Of a DNA stretch of 64,000 bases, positions 58,655 to 64,000 are shown one piece after another. Location of the stretch: the NCBI GenBank assembly GCA_002269645.1, contig NIVC01000984.1:62001-126000 (forward strand), in the 5' to 3' direction. How positions within the stretch are numbered: position 1 is the first letter of the stretch; each line of letters starts with the position of its first letter. The DNA comes from Macrostomum lignano (taxonomy: Eukaryota). The position numbers were made by a program, and so were the translations under genes. The notes under the pieces are model-generated. The model was not told the origin of the DNA and did not search any database. It worked only from the letters and a program-made list of their open reading frames with translations.

Positions 58655-61600
58655 AGAGTCCTTCTTATTGCTACGACACGACAATGGCGTCGCGATCAGA
58701 CGACCTGCCGCTGAACGACCCCGCAATGACGGAAGCTTGGCTACGAAGCTTCGCTGCTCTCAGCCGCAGCAAAAATCTCACGGACAGCGCAGAAAATCGG
58801 CAGGTCACTGACCTCTTCCTGGCGAAAGCCGGCGTGAATGCAGTGCGGATAGTCAGCGTCATGGCAAAGCCCAAGGAGCTGGAGGAGATGGACTTCGCAG
58901 ATATAAAAAAATTGATAATCGAGAAGACTCTCCCGAAGAAGAAGCTTGTCATTGCTGAACGATCGAAATTCATGTCAATGCGCCAGGAGCCAATTGAGTC
59001 AGTGCAGGCCTTCGCACAGAGACTTCGGGATGCCGCCCGCTTCTGCGAATTCGACCAGTTGAATGCGGAGGACAGCCACCAGTCTGCCGAGGACGAGCTC
59101 ATGCAGACGATGCTCGTCAGCGGGCTGCACAATGCGCAGCACCGCAGCCGGATTCTGGAGCACATTCAGGGCTCATCGCAGCCGGTGGTTCTCGACAGCA
59201 GCGTCGAGTTCATCCAGCAACTCGAGTTGATCCAGCAGTACGGCGGCGCGGACAGTCAGAAAACAGGGGAGACTGCAGCCCTAGCGCCTGCTTCCATCGC
59301 CAGCATCGACAAGAACAGGCGAGCTAGATGGACGAGCAACTTGCAGCTCTTGCGGAATGCAGCACCAACCCGGCCGTTGCCCAGCTCGAGGCAAGACCTG
59401 CAACAAGTGCAGCAAGCGCAACCATTTCGCGGCGGTGTGCAAGTCCGCCCCCAGATCAGCTCACGAAGTCGAGGCGGCCGAGGCAACGGAGGATGGACCC
59501 ATCTTCTCTGTCATTAGCACCCAGCAGCACAAGACCAGCAGCCTGAAGACCGTGCTGATTGACGGTCACGCTCTGGCGATGCAGCTGGACTCGGGATCGG
59601 ACAGCAGCATCATCCCACAGAACTTCTGGAAGCAGCTCAGCGAGCCCCGGCTGCGGAAGTGCAGGCGCCAGCTTCGCCAGTTTGATGGCTCGATCATCAA
59701 GACTCTCGGCAGCTTCACAGCGGCTGTCGAACTGGAGAACAAGATTGCGTGCGTGGAAGTCACGGTCGCGGCCTGCAGCAAGACCCTCCTGCAGTTCGAT
59801 CTGGACGCTGTCTGTCTCAACCACGTGGGGAAGGCGCCTCTCGGGAAGCTGAATGCCTTCAAGGCGCGCATCCTGCTGAGGGACAATGTCCGGCCGAGTT
59901 ACTTCGAGGCGCAACCAGTGCCCATTCACCTGAAGCCGCTGGTCATCACGAAGCTCCGGAAGCTCATCGACAGCGGTGTTCTGGTGTCAGTCGCGCCAGG
60001 CGGCAGTCAGTGGGCGTCTCCGATCGTGGTCGTGAGGAAGCCCAACGGCGACATCAGGATCTGTGCCGACTACAAGATCGGGGTGAACCCCAAGATCTGT
60101 GCTGATTCCTATCCGCTGCCCAACATCGAGACGGCGTTCTGCGAGCTTGCGGGAATGTCTCACTTCGGCACCATCGCCTGGCGGACTCGTACAATCAGCT
60201 CGAGCTGGACGAGGCTTCAAAGGAAATTCTCACCATCAACACCCCGATTGGACTGCTACGCTGGACAAGGATGCCCAACGGCGTGAAGACGCCAAGCGCA
60301 CAGTTCCAGGCGGCCATGGAAGCAACGATCGGTGGTCTGGTGTCGAACCTAGTCATCTACCAGGACGATGTCTGTGTCGGAGCCAGGTCCGAGGCCGAGC
60401 TAGACGAGAAGGTCGAGAAACTGTTGCGCAGGCTCAAGGCGGCCGGAATGCAGATCAACGAGCGAAAGTGCGTCTTCAGAAGAACCGCGATCTCATTCCT
60501 CGGGTACAAGATCTCCGCTGATGGTGTTCGGCCCGACTCGAAGCTGGTGGGAAAAGTTCAGCAGACCCGTGCGCCGATGAACCGCAAGGAGCTCGAATCC
60601 TTTCTGGGGCTCACAAACTACTACGCGCGGTACGTCCAGGCCTACGCTGAGCGGGCCGAGCCACTCACGAAGCTGAGAAGTAAGCAGACACCATTCAAGT
60701 GGGGCCAGGACCAGCAGAAGGCATTCGACGACCTCAAGAAGGCTCTGGCAGTGTATCCAGTAGTGCGCAGTCTTTGATGCTTCGAAGCGCACGACACTGA
60801 CAACAGACGCCAGTGACAAAGCGATCTCGGCCATCCTGACTCAAGACGAGCACCCGGTGATCTACCTGTCTCGACGGCTCACAGCGGCAGAGCAGAACTA
60901 CTCCAAAATCGAGCGAGAGGCCCTCGCCATCGTGTGGGCGACTCAGCGAGCACGACACTTTCTGCTGGGCGCCAATTTCACCTTGAACTGCGACCATCAG
61001 CCGCTGGAGCCAAGGAGATCCCGAAAGTCACGTCTGCGAGAATCACGCGGTGGACGATCCAACTGGCTGCTTTCGACTACGATATCGCGTACGTCCGCGG
61101 AAGAAGCATCCCACATGTCGACGCGATTTCGAGACTCGAGTTCGAGGAGAAGTTCGAGCAACCGGAGGTGGTCGAGAGTGTTATCCACTGGACAGAGACG
61201 GACGTGCTAAAACTCGAGGACGTTCAGCAGTCAACGGCGACCGACTCAGTGCTGCTGGGCATCAAACGCCGGATCCGCGACAACGTCTGGAGCAACTGCT
61301 CTGCGGCCGAGCGTCCCTTCAAGAGCGTGCGCCAGCAGCTGTCCGTCGAGGACGGCGTCATCTGCATGGGTGACCTGGTGGTGCCGCCAGCCGCGCTGCG
61401 ACCTCAGCTGCTGCAAGCGGCACACGGCGACACCCACTGCGGAGCGCTGGCGACGCGCAACCGGCTGAAGCGAGAGGCCTGGTGGCCAGGCCACTGCGAT
61501 GACGTCGAGCAATACGTCAAGCAGTGTGTGAAGTGCGCGGAGATCCGCACACCACCAGCCCGCACGACGCACACCTGGCCAGCGGAGACCACGGCGAGGC

Positions 61601-62608
61601 AGCGGGTGCACATCGACCACGCGCACGTGCAAGGAGCCGGCTCCCTCCTCATCGTGGTGGACGCCTTCTCTGGTTGGCCGGAGGCGGTTCTGGTGCCCGA
61701 CAGGACGGCCAGAACGACGCTGCAGGTTCTGCGGGCGATCTTCTCGAGGCTAGGCGTGCCCCGGACCTTGGTATCTGACAACGCGCCAGGCGGCATGGTC
61801 CAGACGGTGAAGCACGGGCTCCGGGCATTTGCAGCGCACCGCGGCTCCTTCGAAGCGTACCTGGCCAAGCTGCTGCTCAATTACCGTTCGACGGCGAGGA
61901 GCGACGGCCGGGGCAGCCCGTCGGCGCTGATGGGCCGACAGCTGAGGAGTCCGCTGACAATGACCTTCGAGATCGACGCACCAGTTGTCTACCAGCCAAG
62001 CTCCAGTGCAACGGCCGAGCCCGCTCGCTTTGTGGTCCAAGCAGGCAGCAACACGGCGGTGATCATCCGCGACAACAACCGGCCGGCCCTTGCCCATCGG
62101 GACCAAATTCGGCCGCTGCCGTTCGACTTGACGGTCACGCCAGGGCAGGAGCAAGCGACCGGGCGCGGACAAGAGACAGCGGCTGAGGAGACTCCAGTCG
62201 AGCCCGAGACTCCGATGTCGGGCAGCCCCAACACCGAAATCGAGGTGCCGGCGGCGCCGAGGCGTAGCGAACGCGGAAACAAAGGAGTTCCCCCTCCGTG
62301 GTGAGGCGTCGCTTGGCGGGGCTCATCAACTATCTCTGACTCGCCCAGCGTATCTGCGTACTTAATATCTAGTGTACTCATTACCAATGTACTTAGTGTG
62401 CACGCGCGGAACGTTGCATCTTTCTATCTATATGCTAAAGCTTAAAGTTTGATCGCGCTGTACTCGTAATGTAGGCGGCATGTTGCCGTCGGTCGTTTTC
62501 AAGTTAATATAAAGACCGGTTTGGCTATCAGTTGCAGTCTCGTATTCTATGCTCAGCTAAGAGCTCTCTTAAATAGAAAAGAGTCCATCTTATTGCTACG
62601 ACACGACA
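58655..62608 (+). mobile_element. Ty3/Gypsy (Mag-like) LTR retrotransposon, gag-PR-RT-RH-IN, disrupted, with most of the 5' LTR missing
   Basis: Zn knuckle CNKCSKRNHFAAVC, protease LDSG, RT WASPIVVV...ICADYK and YQDD, RH TTDAS/YSKIERE, IN HHCC plus IDH/SDN. PBS TGGCG at 58685. Only ~30 bp of LTR is shared (58655-58684 vs 62580-62609, ending CACGACA). Several frameshifts. Confidence 0.92.
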
Positions 62609-63070
62609 AAAACATCCCAAAGTAAGGATGTTTGCTCGTTGAGGCTCCTTGACACTTGTCATAGTAGAAGCTGGCTGGTTGACAGACCATGAGTATTGGC
62701 AGCTCCAGATGCAGCCGCAGGGGCTCAGTAGTAACAATGCAGCTAGGTGTTAATAGGAGACAAAACCAAAGGCGGATTTCCAAATCTTCAGCTGGATTCA
62801 GAGATTTAAATGCTTCAGAATGCTTCTTGTTCCATTGAGCTAGAAAACGATAAGAATGCAAGACATCCCGGGATTTCGATTGGGCCTAAATCCCGGGATT
62901 GACCATCGGGATCCCGATCCCGGTTTGCAATAATTCAATCATTCATTCTCGAGTAGTAGTATCTGCAGCTGAGCAATTTGTCAGGTGAAAATCATCACCC
63001 ATTTGTCTTGCTTTGATTTATTAATCTTTTAAGCATGCAGGCAAGTGAGACGGCTAGGACTTCAGGGATA

Positions 63071-63837
63071 CAATATAGAATTTTGCAGCCCATTTGGGCT
63101 TACGCGCATTTAATTTAATCCAAGATACGTTTGCCAATGTAACAGAGCTTTTGTCTATGGTAGCAAGGCTGGCGCAGCGGCATTTAATTTGGTCCAAAAT
63201 TGACCAACAAGCATCCATTTGGTCCAAACACTCGTGAGCCATTAAACAAACTCTTGCCTTCTCTCAACCGTCTGCAGGTTGTTGCGCACCGCTGGAATGT
63301 CAGCGTCTCTACCAAAAGTTTTCAGTTGCTTTTCCAGAGCTCTGCTGATAGTCGAAATCTGATAACCAACTGGAGCTGTTCCCTCAACTTCTGCTGCATT
63401 TTCTGCAACGTCAACAAAGGGTTCGTCTCCACTGCATCGAGTAGCAGTTGGACCTGAGGCTCTCGAGCAACTTTCCTTGGCGATTGCCACCCTTTCGCAG
63501 GCAATCTCTGCCGGCAGAGTTTCAACGCGCTGCTGGATGCTGTAAACCACCTTTTCTTTTACATTCAGCAACCTTGCAATGTCCTTTGGGTGTTCACCTC
63601 CGTCGAGTGCTTCGATCACAAGCCAATGACATTCGTTCAATAGCCTAGCATATGGTCCACAATTCTGGGACTGAGCTGAAAATGAACTAAATGGACCAAA
63701 TTGATGCTTGTTGGACCAAATTAAATGCCGCTGTGCCAGCCTTGCTACCATAGACAAAAGCTCAATTACTTTGACAAACATATCTTGGATTAAATTCAAT
63801 GCGCGTAAGCCCAAATGGGCTGCAAAAAGCTATATTG
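63071..63837 (-). mobile_element. IS630/Tc1-mariner deletion derivative with ~160 bp TIRs
   Basis: 63071-~63230 is the inverse of ~63680-63837 (CAATATAG...CTATATTG). Interior encodes a frameshifted HTH (HPKDIARLLNVKEKVVYSI; NPLLTLQKMQ; STISRAL); no DDE. TA on the left only. Confidence 0.8.
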
Positions 63838-64000
63838 AAGCTATTGGCAGATCGTAAAGGAGATTTTAGGTGTAACAATGTACGTGCAGCTGTATGTATT
63901 TGTTACTCGCAGACTAATGTAATTATTAATCAAAAACCTGTAAGCAGAGCCTAAAGCAATAGAAGCCAATTCCTCATTGTTTCCTATCACAGCGCTATAG

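Noticed and set aside
62640-62935. Possible hAT C-terminal dimerisation fragment and CCCGGGAT-rich end
   Set aside because: The peptide similarity is too weak and there is no partner TIR.

Overview
Eukaryotic (metazoan) genomic DNA. GC-rich exons, GT-AG introns and a very high load of unrelated minisatellites suggest a flatworm such as Macrostomum, but that assignment is an inference only. I could reconstruct nine host genes from splice sites with continuous reading frames. Minus strand: GPALPP1, MED21, KRIT1 (4 exons), a 4-TM claudin/PMP22-like protein (3 exons), an LRRC74-like LRR+EF-hand protein (3 exons) and SARDH (8 exons). Plus strand: TRABD (4 exons), a protein with a Mutator-transposase-like N-terminal DNA-binding module but no visible DDE domain, and a CYP2-clan P450 (2 exons). 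Most larger introns and many intergenic gaps carry their own private 20-47 bp minisatellite, and these explain most of the repetitive 'ORFs' in the track. Mobile elements: a 2.8 kb foldback/MULE-like element with a Ulp1+PHD remnant, two hAT MITEs, a 111 bp MITE, tRNA-derived SINEs (one with a 15 bp TSD, one with a CORE domain), LINE RNase H and RT fragments, a mariner fragment, a Harbinger Myb/SANT gene abutting a Gypsy element that lacks most of its 5' LTR, and a long-TIR Tc1/IS630 derivative. I see no CRISPR array, rRNA or convincing tRNA. The best leads are the candidate domesticated MULE DNA-binding gene, the Ulp1-PHD foldback element, minisatellite units that echo the adjacent splice site, a flank-less dispersed minisatellite, and a possible trans-spliced KRIT1-MED21-GPALPP1 operon. 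All protein identifications are from remembered family motifs, not database searches; copy numbers are approximate.
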